A stretch of DNA of 64,000 nt. Origin: Patescibacteria group bacterium (lineage in GTDB: Bacteria > Patescibacteriota > Minisyncoccia > Phycocordibacterales > JACOZG01). The DNA is taken from contig JBBTQW010000002.1 in assembly GCA_038065495.1 (NCBI GenBank), positions 81,321-145,320 on the forward strand, in the 5' to 3' direction. The translations under genes and the position numbers were made by a program. The notes beneath the pieces are model-generated. The model did not search any database and was not told the origin of the DNA. It was given only the letters and a program-made list of their open reading frames with translations. This document shows, piece after piece, positions 19,180 to 28,817 of this stretch (position 1 is the stretch's first letter; every line of letters starts with the position of its first letter).

Positions 19180-19271
19180 ACTTAAACCTCCAATTTTTTG
19201 AGAAAAGTTTAGAAGAAAAAAGAGCCTCTGGAATCAACTATACACCGAATTGCTTATTTGTAAAATAATTT

Positions 19272-20921
19272 CTAACTCTTAAAATATTCTGGCGCATTGG
19301 TGCGCATCCAGTCAAAGACTTGCCGCATCACGTAAGTGGCGCCAATGAGGTTAGTATGCGAACCTTTTTCCATCACAATTGTAAACGCGTAGCGCGGATT
19401 ATCGTAGGGGAAAAAGCCCGCTACCCACGAGTTCACAAACTGCTTGCTGGCGCCCAGCTCGGCGGTACCAGTTTTACCCGCCACAGCTAGATCAGTCATG
19501 TTCAAGCCAACAGCCGTCCCCTCGCGCACAGATAAGCGCATGCCCTCGCGCACAATCTGGAGATTATCATTATCAAGCCCGGGAATCGTTTCCCACATTG
19601 GCGAGGCGCCAGGCTCGGTAGCTGTGAGCGTGGGTGTGACAAGATGTCCACCGTTGGCAATCGCCGCAATCGCCCGCACGATCTGTAGCGGCGTGACTTG
19701 GAAGCCATATTGACCGATAACCGTGTGATAAGTATTGCCGAGCAACCAATCGGCGCCGTCAAAGTTCTCACGCTTCCACTCCGGCGTGGGCACCGCGCCG
19801 GCCGCTTCGCCAGCGAACTGACTGCCGGTCTTCTCGCCCAAACCAAACAAGTGCGCATATTGATCAATTTTCGCGATGCCCAAACCTTTTTGATCAGCGT
19901 ACCCGCCGCCAATCGCATAAAAATAGACATCAGACGAAACAGCAATTGCGTGACGCAGATCGACCCAGCCATGCGCCTTCCAGTCTTTAAAGACAGTTGG
20001 CTTATCGGGAAAGTACGGATTAGGAATGCTAATCTGCCCAGTGCTCTCAATTTGCTTGTCGGGCGAGATCAATTTTTCTGTCAGCGCCGCTGTGGCCATA
20101 ATCGGTTTGATGATCGAGCCAGGCGTGTACAAACCAGCCACCGCGCGGTTTAAGAACGGATGACGTTCATCTGTTATAAAAGAATTTATTTTAGTTTTAT
20201 CAACGCCAGCGACAAGAATATTCTGATCATATTCTGGATTATTGACCAGCGCGATAATCTCGCCAGTGCTCACGTCCAGCATCACACCGGAGCCAGCCAC
20301 AAACTTGCCGTCACTGACCAGGCTATCAATTGCATGATAAAACGCGCTCTGGAGCCGAGCGTCTACAGCAAGCGTGAGATTCTCACCGGCCACTGGCGGC
20401 TCGAGTAAATAATCCGAATGCGGTTTACCCGCCACGTCCACTTCTTCAATTTTAATTCCAGGCGTGCCACGGAGTAGCAAGTTAAAAATCTTTTCCGCGC
20501 CATCACGGCCGATCAGTTCATCAGCGTCAAAGTTTTCTTCTTTTACTTCTGACTCTTTTGGCTTGCTAATGTAGCCAACCAAGTGCGCAAAACCGGGTTG
20601 AGTGATGTAACGCCGACCGTGATCGTTCCAAGCTAGTTCTGTACCCAATCGATCCGTAATAATTCCTCGATCTGCGAAAATATCTAATCTTCTTAGTGTG
20701 TTGTTCGCACTGCGCGTCGCTAATTCTTCGCCATTTACAATCTGCAACTGCAAAGTCCGGCCAAAAAAGATCAAAACTACCAGCAACAAACTGGCTGTGA
20801 GCCAAGAGAAAGCACGCCGACCAATCGGCCGCTCGATCTGCCCTTCAAATTGTTGTTTATCGAAAGAAGGTAAATTGCTGGCATCGAGCAAAACTTCTTC
20901 TGGATCTAAATATTTCTTCAC
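19272..20921 (-). CDS. mrdA: peptidoglycan D,D-transpeptidase MrdA (PBP2)
   Basis: N-terminal TM helix, SxxK (SIIKP), SSD, KTGTAE motifs; directly follows mreBCD. Confidence 0.85.
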   Translation of the reverse strand: MKKYLDPEEVLLDASNLPSFDKQQFEGQIERPIGRRAFSWLTASLLLVVLIFFGRTLQLQIVNGEELATRSANNTLRRLDIFADRGIITDRLGTELAWNDHGRRYITQPGFAHLVGYISKPKESEVKEENFDADELIGRDGAEKIFNLLLRGTPGIKIEEVDVAGKPHSDYLLEPPVAGENLTLAVDARLQSAFYHAIDSLVSDGKFVAGSGVMLDVSTGEIIALVNNPEYDQNILVAGVDKTKINSFITDERHPFLNRAVAGLYTPGSIIKPIMATAALTEKLISPDKQIESTGQISIPNPYFPDKPTVFKDWKAHGWVDLRHAIAVSSDVYFYAIGGGYADQKGLGIAKIDQYAHLFGLGEKTGSQFAGEAAGAVPTPEWKRENFDGADWLLGNTYHTVIGQYGFQVTPLQIVRAIAAIANGGHLVTPTLTATEPGASPMWETIPGLDNDNLQIVREGMRLSVREGTAVGLNMTDLAVAGKTGTAELGASKQFVNSWVAGFFPYDNPRYAFTIVMEKGSHTNLIGATYVMRQVFDWMRTNAPEYFKS

Positions 20922-20923
20922 AG

Positions 20924-21193
20924 TTAGATTCTAACATTTTGATGCAACTCGCGCGCCAGCAAGAGCAAGATCACAGCAAAAATTGTCACCGGAAGTGTGA
21001 GCCGTAGCGGCCCAGCCAAACGCGCGCTGTAAGTGAGATCAAAAAGTAGAGCAATAAATAATAGCGCGTAAAAATCCGGATAAAATAAAATTAAGCCAAA
21101 AATGGCGAGCACGATCAACCACCACGGCAGCCACCACACGCCCAAGAGCAAAACTAAACTAATTATTATCTTGTTTCTGTAAGATAGAGACAT
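20924..21193 (-). CDS. mreD: rod shape-determining protein MreD-like
   Basis: 89-aa polytopic membrane protein between mreC and pbp2. Confidence 0.55.
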   Translation of the reverse strand: MSLSYRNKIIISLVLLLGVWWLPWWLIVLAIFGLILFYPDFYALLFIALLFDLTYSARLAGPLRLTLPVTIFAVILLLLARELHQNVRI

Positions 21194-22001
21194 ATTTGAG
21201 ACTATTTGCGTCTAGTGGTGCTCGGAGATAGAGCGTTTGCTCAGTTTTATTGGCTTCACTCTCCACTGCGCCAACTATTGCGACTAACCAATCCTGGCTA
21301 GCGCTCGGCACAATTGCTCGCTCGCCCACCGCCACGCTCAAGCCGCGCGGCACGGTAGCGATAAAATTGCCGCCACCACGACCAAGCAGTGTAACTGGCA
21401 CGCGCGCCTCGCCCAAGAGCGCTGGGGTAGTAAGACCAGCGAGCGTGAGTAATCTAACGCGACTGGTCGCACCGGTAACCTGCACAACAGCGCCAAGCCA
21501 GACGTGATCAAGCGTGGTGATCCAGTCATTAATTTTTATTTCCGGCTGACTATTGGCACTCCCCAGATCAAGTGTCAGCACATCAAACGGACCCGAATGC
21601 TCTGCACCCAAAGAGCGAGCGATTAATTGTGTTGATTTATTTTGTTCAAGAATTTTACCAGCACTGGCCCGCAAGCTTTCGTTATCTTTCTGCAATTGCT
21701 CACTCTGTGTGGCCAATAAATTAGCGCTGGCTAGTTTGAGTTGCAAATCTTGATTCTCTAAAATTAGTTTATTTTTATCAGCAAAAGCGACCGTAAAACC
21801 TTGCCAGATACTGGCAACATTCGTACCGATATTCCAGAAAGGTCGAGCGACACTTGTAGCCACGCCAGCGCCCAGCTGATGAATCCCCGCACCAGCAAAA
21901 ACTAAAACCACCAAGACAGCTATTAAGCCCAGAGTCAGCTTGAGCGACTTTTCACGCCGGCCATTATCCTGGCGTCTATTTGGGAGGGAGCTCATTGTCA
22001 T
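21159..22001 (-). CDS. mreC: rod shape-determining protein MreC
   Basis: N-terminal TM helix and coiled-coil, beta-rich C-terminal domain; follows mreB. Confidence 0.7.
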   Translation of the reverse strand: MTMSSLPNRRQDNGRREKSLKLTLGLIAVLVVLVFAGAGIHQLGAGVATSVARPFWNIGTNVASIWQGFTVAFADKNKLILENQDLQLKLASANLLATQSEQLQKDNESLRASAGKILEQNKSTQLIARSLGAEHSGPFDVLTLDLGSANSQPEIKINDWITTLDHVWLGAVVQVTGATSRVRLLTLAGLTTPALLGEARVPVTLLGRGGGNFIATVPRGLSVAVGERAIVPSASQDWLVAIVGAVESEANKTEQTLYLRAPLDANSLKYVSILQKQDNN

Positions 22002-23028
22002 CAGTAATTAAAATATCGCGGAAATGGTCAAGATCTTCCAAGATCACGCCCGTACCGCGCACCACAGACGTAAGTGGATCATCCGTGAGATGAATCGGAA
22101 TTTTTAGTTCACTAGCCAGCAACTCCGGCAAACCTTGGATCAGCGAGCCGCCACCTGTGACCACAATCCCCTTGTGCATAATGTCAGAAACAACTTCCGG
22201 CGGCGTCGCTTCCAGCACTTCCTTCACCGCATCAACCAGCAGAGAAATAGAATCACTAATCGCCTCGCGAATATCGGCATCAGTAATCACTACCTCTTTG
22301 GGCAAACCAGTCACCAAGTCACGCCCACGAATCGTCGCATCTTGGGTCTCGCGCCGCTTCTGCACCGAGCCAATCGCAATCTTCACTTCTTCGGCCGTCT
22401 TCTCGCCCAGCAAAATTTTAAATTCATCACGCACATAAGCCACAATATCTTGATTCAATCTATTACCCGCGATCCTCAAATTTTTCGCCTGCACAATCCC
22501 ACCCAAGCTAATCACCGCAATGTCCGTTGTACCACCGCCAATGTCTACAATCATATTGCCCACCGGATCATGCACCGGCAAGCGGATCCCGACCGCTGCG
22601 GCCATCGGCTCCTCCACAATGTGCACGACGCCGGCACCAGCATTCTTGGCCGCATCACGCACAGCTCTAATCTCCACATTAGTGATCCCCGACGGCACAC
22701 CAATCACCACTCTTGGCCGGAGAAACTTCTTAGTCGAATCTTGGGCGACCTGACGCAAGAAATAAGCGAGCATCTCTTCGGCCACTTCAAAGTTCGAAAT
22801 CACGCCATCCACCAGGGGCTTGACTACCGTAATGTGCGTGGGCGTGCGGCCAACCATCTGCTTGGCGTCATTACCGATCGCCACCACGCGGCCGGTTTTC
22901 TCGTTAAGCGCCACCACCGATGGCTCGTTGATTACGATCCCGCGCTCTTTCACATACACCAGCGTATTGGCTGTGCCCAGATCGATGCCAATGTCATTAG
23001 AAAATAATTTATAAAAGCGCTTAAGCAT
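21976..23028 (-). CDS. mreB: rod shape-determining protein MreB (actin homologue)
   Basis: IGIDLGTANTLVYV, DIGGGTTD and GGGSL motifs of the MreB/HSP70 actin fold. Confidence 0.9.
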   Translation of the reverse strand: MLKRFYKLFSNDIGIDLGTANTLVYVKERGIVINEPSVVALNEKTGRVVAIGNDAKQMVGRTPTHITVVKPLVDGVISNFEVAEEMLAYFLRQVAQDSTKKFLRPRVVIGVPSGITNVEIRAVRDAAKNAGAGVVHIVEEPMAAAVGIRLPVHDPVGNMIVDIGGGTTDIAVISLGGIVQAKNLRIAGNRLNQDIVAYVRDEFKILLGEKTAEEVKIAIGSVQKRRETQDATIRGRDLVTGLPKEVVITDADIREAISDSISLLVDAVKEVLEATPPEVVSDIMHKGIVVTGGGSLIQGLPELLASELKIPIHLTDDPLTSVVRGTGVILEDLDHFRDILITDDNELPPK

Positions 23029-23036
23029 TATTTAAT

Positions 23037-24290
23037 TTATTTTGCCAAAAATCTAATTAATTCTGTTTCGTCAATATTAGTTACTTCTCCAGTCTGCCGA
23101 TTTTTAAATTCTAATTTACCAGCCTCTAATGTTTTACTGCTGACTACAATCCGATTTGGCAAGCCAATCAAGTCCGCATCCGCAAATTTCTCTCCCGCCG
23201 GTGCGTCGCGATCATCGAACAAAACTTCAATCTTATTCTGCACTAATTTTTGATACAGTTTCTCACTAGCTTGTTTAACTTCGTCACTTTTGCCAGCCAG
23301 CGAAATTAAGTGAACCGAGAAAGGCGCGACACCTTCTGGCCAAACTAAGCCATTCTCGTCGCTCAAGACTTCGGCAATTGTGGCGAGCAAGCGACTTGGG
23401 CCCAGACCATAACTGCCCATCCAGACCGGCTGTTCTTTCCCTTCGGCGTCAAGAAAATTTAGTTTCAGTGGCTCAGAAAATCTGGTCCCGAGCGAGAAAA
23501 TATTGCCGACCTCGATTGCCTTGTGCGGCACTAAATCCTCTTTTTTTAAACCTAATTCTTCTAGCACTTCTGGCGTCGCCACCTCGATATTCACGGCCAG
23601 CTTCTCATCAGCTGATAAGTAAATCGTGTCTTCGCCGGCTTCAGAAAGTGTCTGGAACTCGTGACTATACTTCGAGAAAGCGCCGCCAGAAGCGAAAGTT
23701 AAGTAAGTTCTGTCACCCAAGCCAACTTGTTTAAAAATATTCTGATAAACGAGCAAAACTTGCTGATAAAATTCTTCCTGCTCTGTTTGCGTGGCATGAA
23801 AAGAATATAAATCTTTCATCAAGAATTCTCGACCGCGCATCAAGCCCGATTTTGCTCGTGTTTCGTTTCTAAACTTAGTCTGGATCTGATAAATCGCTCT
23901 GGGTAAGTCGCGATAAGATTTAATGTGATCGCGTAATAAATTAGTCAGTGGCTCTTCGTGGGTAAAGCCTAAACCAAGTTCACTCTCGTTTTTTAATTTA
24001 GTTTTGAACCACACGTCCACTTCCTGATCATTCCAACGACCACTCGCCTGCCAGATTTCTGGATTCTGCAAGGCCGATAAATTTACTTCCACCGCACCTA
24101 ATTTATTCATCTCACTTCTAATCAGTCTGTTTATCTTTTCTAGCGTCTTTAAGCCCAGCGGCAAGTAACTATAAACTCCGGCCAATTCTTTGTGCACAAA
24201 GCCGGCTCTAATCAGTAACTGCGCGTTTTTGCTAACCTCATCCTTCGGCGCCTCGCGACGCGTTTTCGTAAAGAGTTGTGATTGTTTCAT
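23037..24290 (-). CDS. proS: prolyl-tRNA synthetase (417 aa, lacks the bacterial INS editing domain)
   Basis: Class II core MKQSQLFTKTRREAPKDEVSKNAQLLIRAGF... plus a C-terminal anticodon-binding domain. Confidence 0.85.
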   Translation of the reverse strand: MKQSQLFTKTRREAPKDEVSKNAQLLIRAGFVHKELAGVYSYLPLGLKTLEKINRLIRSEMNKLGAVEVNLSALQNPEIWQASGRWNDQEVDVWFKTKLKNESELGLGFTHEEPLTNLLRDHIKSYRDLPRAIYQIQTKFRNETRAKSGLMRGREFLMKDLYSFHATQTEQEEFYQQVLLVYQNIFKQVGLGDRTYLTFASGGAFSKYSHEFQTLSEAGEDTIYLSADEKLAVNIEVATPEVLEELGLKKEDLVPHKAIEVGNIFSLGTRFSEPLKLNFLDAEGKEQPVWMGSYGLGPSRLLATIAEVLSDENGLVWPEGVAPFSVHLISLAGKSDEVKQASEKLYQKLVQNKIEVLFDDRDAPAGEKFADADLIGLPNRIVVSSKTLEAGKLEFKNRQTGEVTNIDETELIRFLAK

Positions 24291-24310
24291 GGTGAGGCTA
24301 GTTTAACGCA

Positions 24311-24347
24311 AAAAAAGAGCCCCCGCAAACACTTGCAAAAGGGGCTC
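24311..24347 (-). terminator. intrinsic terminator on the minus strand, downstream of the 24436..24663 ORF
   Basis: gagcccc...ggggctc stem; the plus-strand A-run (24311-24316) gives a T-run after the hairpin on the minus strand. Confidence 0.6.
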
Positions 24348-24435
24348 AAGAAAATCTATTAAGCCGGCGAGCAACAAAAAGGGCCCGCCACACACGTGAC
24401 GAGCCCAGCATCGCCTTCACCAACCCTGGCTTAGG

Positions 24436-24663
24436 CTAGCAGAAACACTCGGGAGTTGTTTTTTCTTTGGGAACTGCAAAACCAAACACAATCTGTTCGC
24501 CGGGGCGAGAAGCTCTTTTCTTAGCTTTGGCTTGCTTCTGTTGCGCTTCCCGACGTTTATGGACTGACTGAAACAAGATGTTGACGATCCTCACTTCAGC
24601 ATCGCCGACAGTGGTTGTGTTCGATCTCCCGAAAGAACTATTTGTTGGCTTTGTTTTCTTCAT
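24436..24663 (-). CDS. hypothetical basic small protein (about 75 aa)
   Basis: ORF between rseP and the terminator; GAAAGGA RBS-like sequence upstream of the internal ATG; no recognised family. Confidence 0.35.
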   Translation of the reverse strand: MKKTKPTNSSFGRSNTTTVGDAEVRIVNILFQSVHKRREAQQKQAKAKKRASRPGEQIVFGFAVPKEKTTPECFC

Positions 24664-24701
24664 AACCAACCATCCTTTCTGATTAGAACTATATCACAAA
24701 G

Positions 24702-25808
24702 CTATTTTAATAGCAAGCGCGCAATATCGCCGTAAGTGACCACCGCCATCAAGAGCAAGAGCAAACCAAAGCCAACCAGATTTAGAGTGTTAGCAACTTG
24801 CGGCTTGATCGCCGAGCCTTTGATTTTTTCTATTAACAAAAACAACAATCTGCCGCCATCGAGCGCCGGGAAGGGCAACAAATTTAGCACGGCTAAATTT
24901 ATAGATATAAAAGCCGTGAACGAAAGCAAGTAAACCCAACCGAGACTGGCCGCATCGCCGACTAAGCCAGCCAAGCCCACCGGCCCGGTGATATTCTCCA
25001 GCACTGGTTGGCCAGCAAAAGCTTGTTTAATTAAATCAAATAAACCAACGACAGTAGCGATAGTGATGTCAGAAGTTAGCACTGCGCCACGAGCAAAGGC
25101 CGGGAACAAGCCAAGTTTAGAAGTAATCACTTCTTCCAAACCAATGCCAATGATGGCCCGTGATTCTGAATTAGTTGGATCAATTTGTGGTTGAACAGTA
25201 ATTTTCTGTTCAGTTCCGGCTCGTTTAATCACTAAATCTAGATTTTGCGCCGGATGTGCGGCCATAAAGTCAGCCACAGTTTTTGGCTCTAGTTGCTCTG
25301 GCTGTTTTTGTAAACTGTCAGTTAAGCTCACAATTTCGTCACCAAGCTTGAGGCCAGACTTTTCTGCTGGGGAATCAGTTTTGACTGTTGTAATTAGTAA
25401 GCGCGACTCGCCAGTCAAGCCCGCTGGTGCCTCACTACTCGCCACTGGCAAGCCGGACATCAGGCCAATGCTCAAGAAGAGCCAAGCCAGAATCAAATTG
25501 CAAACCACGCCAGCGACAAGAACTAAAGCCTGCTGATATCTTGGTCTATTTATCAAACTCCGCGAGGCGTCAAAACCGGTGAGCGCTTCTTCGTCTGGAT
25601 TCTCGCCAAAAATTTTCACGAACCCACCAAATGGTAACCAGTTTAAAGAATAAGTAGTTTCCCCACGCTTAAAACCGAAAACGCGCGGTGGGAAGCCGAG
25701 GCCAAACTCGTCCACACGCACACCACACTTCTTGGCCACGATAAAATGCCCAAACTCGTGCGAGAGAATCAGCACGGCGAGAACAATAATAAAAATAATT
25801 ACAGACAC
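24702..25808 (-). CDS. rseP: RIP zinc metalloprotease RseP (site-2 protease)
   Basis: HEFGHF zinc motif in TM1, PDZ domain, LDGG motif. Confidence 0.85.
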   Translation of the reverse strand: MSVIIFIIVLAVLILSHEFGHFIVAKKCGVRVDEFGLGFPPRVFGFKRGETTYSLNWLPFGGFVKIFGENPDEEALTGFDASRSLINRPRYQQALVLVAGVVCNLILAWLFLSIGLMSGLPVASSEAPAGLTGESRLLITTVKTDSPAEKSGLKLGDEIVSLTDSLQKQPEQLEPKTVADFMAAHPAQNLDLVIKRAGTEQKITVQPQIDPTNSESRAIIGIGLEEVITSKLGLFPAFARGAVLTSDITIATVVGLFDLIKQAFAGQPVLENITGPVGLAGLVGDAASLGWVYLLSFTAFISINLAVLNLLPFPALDGGRLLFLLIEKIKGSAIKPQVANTLNLVGFGLLLLLMAVVTYGDIARLLLK

Positions 25809-25826
25809 AAAATATTTTTTACTAAA

Positions 25827-26378
25827 CTAACTCCCAATTTCCGTCTCTTTGCGCGCTTTCATTTCGTCTATTTTTGCACTTTCTGCATCCACAATTTTCT
25901 GCAATTCTTCTTTCAACCTAAACTTATCGTCTTCGCTAATTTCTTTATTCTTTTCTTTTTCTTGAATCTCATTCCAAGTTTTTTCCCGTTCTTTCCGGAG
26001 CGAGATTTTTGCTTCTTCAGATTTTTCGTGAGCGAGTTTAAGTAAAATCTTGCGTTTATCAGCCGTTAATTCTGGGAAAATCACACGGATCGCCGTGCCG
26101 TCTGTGGTGACAGACACGCCAAGATTTGCAACTTGAATAGCCTGCTCCACGCCTCTGACTTGCGACTGATCCCACAAGCCAATCTTGAGCGTCCGCACAT
26201 CCTCCACGCCAATCGCGCCCACGCTCTTGAGCGGGACCCGCGCGCCGTAGCTCTCCACTTGCACGCTATCCAAGAGCGCTGGCGTGGCTCGACCCGTCCG
26301 AATGCTCGCAAACTCCCGCCCGAGCCAATCCTCGATCTCGGTAATCTTATTTTTTAAACTAGCAAAGTTGTAACTCAT
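25827..26378 (-). CDS. frr: ribosome recycling factor
   Basis: Full-length match to the Frr pattern (…ASIRTGRATPALLDSVQVESYG…). Confidence 0.9.
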   Translation of the reverse strand: MSYNFASLKNKITEIEDWLGREFASIRTGRATPALLDSVQVESYGARVPLKSVGAIGVEDVRTLKIGLWDQSQVRGVEQAIQVANLGVSVTTDGTAIRVIFPELTADKRKILLKLAHEKSEEAKISLRKEREKTWNEIQEKEKNKEISEDDKFRLKEELQKIVDAESAKIDEMKARKETEIGS

Positions 26379-26406
26379 AAAAATTATTCTACCAGATTTT
26401 TAGACA

Positions 26407-26436
26407 AGAAAAAAGGCGCACCGCTAGGGATGCGCC
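26407..26436 (-). terminator. intrinsic terminator on the minus strand after the 26474..26977 transcription unit
   Basis: ggcgca-ccgctaggga-tgcgcc hairpin; the plus-strand A-run gives a T-run after the hairpin on the minus strand. Confidence 0.6.
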
Positions 26437-26473
26437 TTGGAGATTTTGCGAAAACCTGCCTAAAAACATTGCC

Positions 26474-26977
26474 CTACGAGCCCCACCGAGAGTGACGACT
26501 GTTACGTACCTCCCAGGAATTCCGGCACATTTGCCGAGGATATGAACCCATCTTCGCAAACTTGTCTGCCAACTCCTGGAAAGTGCCCTTCTCCCGTGCT
26601 GAGACCCAAGAATGTATCCGAGGTGGGCAACTTATTTTAACTGGCCGAACCCATCCGTGCCTGCCCCGGTTATGACCCCACAGCCATCGATACCCTTTAT
26701 AAGATATCTTGAGCTTAGAAACAAAGTGTTGTTCGGGACTGTATCGCACCTCAGGAAGAGACGATCCGGTGGCCACAACACGAATACCGCCACCAAACAA
26801 AACGACTCGCCAATGTAATTCGTCGATCAATGTCCATGCTGGAGCAGAAGTATACTTAATTTGTTTGGGGAAGAACATAGGTAGTTCAACTTCCTTTTCT
26901 GCGCGAACCTGATCAATGGCGATCAAGCTTTGTTTGATAACCTGAATTACAAATTCAGGAAGGACGATAGTAGTCAT
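26474..26977 (-). CDS. hypothetical protein. The N-terminal ~95 aa look protein-like; the C-terminal ~70 aa (W/R/H-rich, GC-rich DNA) look non-coding, so the 3' part may instead be a structured RNA.
   Basis: ATG preceded by an AAAGGTGG RBS and a consensus promoter. Only one frame is open, but the 3' half has aberrant composition (…YRWLWGHNRGRHGWVRPVKISCPPRIHSW…). Confidence 0.4.
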   Translation of the reverse strand: MTTIVLPEFVIQVIKQSLIAIDQVRAEKEVELPMFFPKQIKYTSAPAWTLIDELHWRVVLFGGGIRVVATGSSLPEVRYSPEQHFVSKLKISYKGYRWLWGHNRGRHGWVRPVKISCPPRIHSWVSAREKGTFQELADKFAKMGSYPRQMCRNSWEVRNSRHSRWGS

Positions 26978-27082
26978 AACGACCACCTTTCTTCCGTACT
27001 GATAACACGGACAATTCGATGCGCAAATAACGCACCAACTCTTAACTAAATTGTGAAAGAACGCCTCTCACTTCCAACCCCC

Positions 27083-27110
27083 ATTATAGCAAATGGGTAG
27101 AAATTGTCAA
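27083..27110 (-). promoter_or_regulatory. near-consensus sigma70 promoter (TTGACA-N16-TATAAT on the minus strand) driving the 26474..26977 unit with a ~100-nt leader
   Basis: Reverse complement reads ccccTTGACAatttctacccatttgcTATAATggggg. Confidence 0.6.
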
Positions 27111-27130
27111 GGGGTAAAAAGTGCTTATTC

Positions 27131-27856
27131 TTAGCCCTGCTTTAGCACCGGCAAAATGAGCGCAATGTGTTGCAGAACTAATCTAGAAGCGCCAGATGGA
27201 TGTGATAAGTGCTCGCGGCCAGCGCGGATTTCGGCTAGAGCGAAGATTAATTGCTCACTCGCCTCTTGTGGTTTGAGTATTTTTGCTAAAGCTTGCTCGA
27301 GATTATTTAAAAAATCCAAACTCACGCCTTTGTGATTATCTTCGTTATCGTCTAGTAATTTTTCGAGATATTTTAATCTCACTTCTGGATTATTTTTGAT
27401 AAAATCTAATATTTCTGTTTGCTCTATTTTTTCTTCTGTTTTATTTTCAGTTTTTTCCGGCAAAATTAACTTTTCTAAGCGAGATAAAAGCGTAGGCAAG
27501 AGCAAGCCAGAATTACTTGTCCCCAAGATGAAAACTGTGCCGAGTGGCGGTTCTTCGAGGATTTTCAATAAAACATTCTGCGCTTCGGGCGTGATGCTCT
27601 CGAACCAGATCAGAATAAACTTTTTATTTTCTACATCACTCGCTCGCCCACCACGTTCGCGAATCTCGCGCGCTTCGTTGATGCCAATAATGCCAAAAGT
27701 CCAATTCTCTATTTTATTTTTTTCCTCGTTGAGTAGCAGAGAATCAGGCAAGCCAGACCAAACTTCTGTCGTGCTAGTGACGAGATAAGCGTGATGCTTA
27801 AAATCAGTTTTTGGAGATGATACTCTTTTTGTAGACATTGAGATGCTCCAGCGCAA
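27131..27856 (-). CDS. holB: DNA polymerase III delta-prime (HolB)-like clamp-loader subunit, short form
   Basis: HAYLVTS..., the ILEEPP sensor-motif region and AAA+ lid. The start may be the internal MSTKRV methionine. Confidence 0.6.
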   Translation of the reverse strand: MRWSISMSTKRVSSPKTDFKHHAYLVTSTTEVWSGLPDSLLLNEEKNKIENWTFGIIGINEAREIRERGGRASDVENKKFILIWFESITPEAQNVLLKILEEPPLGTVFILGTSNSGLLLPTLLSRLEKLILPEKTENKTEEKIEQTEILDFIKNNPEVRLKYLEKLLDDNEDNHKGVSLDFLNNLEQALAKILKPQEASEQLIFALAEIRAGREHLSHPSGASRLVLQHIALILPVLKQG

Positions 27857-28817
27857 TGCCGGTGCCGTTGACGACGCAGTAGAGCGGATCGGTGGCCACG
27901 CGCGCTTTTACTCCAGTGCGCCGGTAAACCAGTTCTGCGAGGTTAGATAACTGCGCCGAGCCGCCGGTCATAATCACGCCGTGGTCGATGATGTCACTAG
28001 CCAGCTCGGGTGGAGTGTCTTGGAAGACGCTCTTGATTGCTTTCACAATTTCGCGTAATTCATTATCAATCGCTTTTACAATCTCATTCGTTTTTACTTC
28101 CGCTGATCTGGGTAGACCGGTGAGGAAGTCGCGGCCTTTGATGGTATAAGATTCTTCGTTCTCAATCGGCACGGCGGAACCAATTTTGATCTTCACTTCT
28201 TCCGCCGTTTTATCACCAATCGCGAGATTGAAAGTTTTTTTGATGTAATCCGTAATCGCCTGATCTATCTTATTGCCCGCGTACTTTACAGACGTAGAAG
28301 CCACGATGCCGCCCAAACTAATTACCGCCACATCGGTAGTACCACCGCCAATATCGCAAACCATATGACCTCTTGGCTCATAGATCGGAATGCCCGCGCC
28401 GATAGCGGCCAAAATTGGCTCTTTAACGACGTAAGCATTCTTCGCGCCCGCTTTGAGTGCTGCTTCTATAACAGCTCGCCGTTCCGTACTCGTCACACCG
28501 GCGGGGACAGAGATCATCACGTCTGGTTTGAAGAAGTTAAACTTGCCGATTGCTTTATTGATATAGTAACGCAACATTACTTCTGTCACTCGGTAATCCG
28601 CAATTACGCCGTCCTTCATCGGCCGATAGGCGGTAATATTATCCGGCGTTTTGCCGATCATCTCTTTGGCCTCAAGACCAACGGCTAAGACTTTATTATC
28701 AAGTTCTGAAACGGCAACAACCGACGGCTCGTTTAAGACAATTCCTCGTCCGGGGACGAAGACGAGCGTATTGGCTGTGCCAAGATCAATGCCCAATTTT
28801 TTGACCCAAAAGCTCAT
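27804..28817 (-). CDS. mreB: second MreB/Mbl-family actin homologue (paralog)
   Basis: LGIDLGTANTLVFV, DIGGGTTD and MTGGSA motifs; clearly distinct from the 21976..23028 copy. Confidence 0.85.
   Translation of the reverse strand: MSFWVKKLGIDLGTANTLVFVPGRGIVLNEPSVVAVSELDNKVLAVGLEAKEMIGKTPDNITAYRPMKDGVIADYRVTEVMLRYYINKAIGKFNFFKPDVMISVPAGVTSTERRAVIEAALKAGAKNAYVVKEPILAAIGAGIPIYEPRGHMVCDIGGGTTDVAVISLGGIVASTSVKYAGNKIDQAITDYIKKTFNLAIGDKTAEEVKIKIGSAVPIENEESYTIKGRDFLTGLPRSAEVKTNEIVKAIDNELREIVKAIKSVFQDTPPELASDIIDHGVIMTGGSAQLSNLAELVYRRTGVKARVATDPLYCVVNGTGIALEHLNVYKKSIISKN

Noticed and set aside
22135-23007. 290-aa plus-strand ORF (His/Arg-rich) inside mreB, and similar long antisense ORFs inside pyrH (1819..2283), lysS, pbp2, leuS and the surface-protein genes
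   Set aside because: These are shadow ORFs opposite well-supported genes. Their translations are low-complexity (R/H/S-rich) with no motifs.
26440-26720. Checked by eye for tmRNA, RNase P RNA or SRP RNA in the GC-rich 3' half of the 26474..26977 unit
   Set aside because: No GGAAAGTCCGGGC (RNase P P4) block, no tRNA-like GGTTCGANTCC end (tmRNA) and no GGUCCGGAAGGAAGCAGC (SRP) block was found on either strand. An unknown structured RNA remains possible and is reported as a finding rather than a call.
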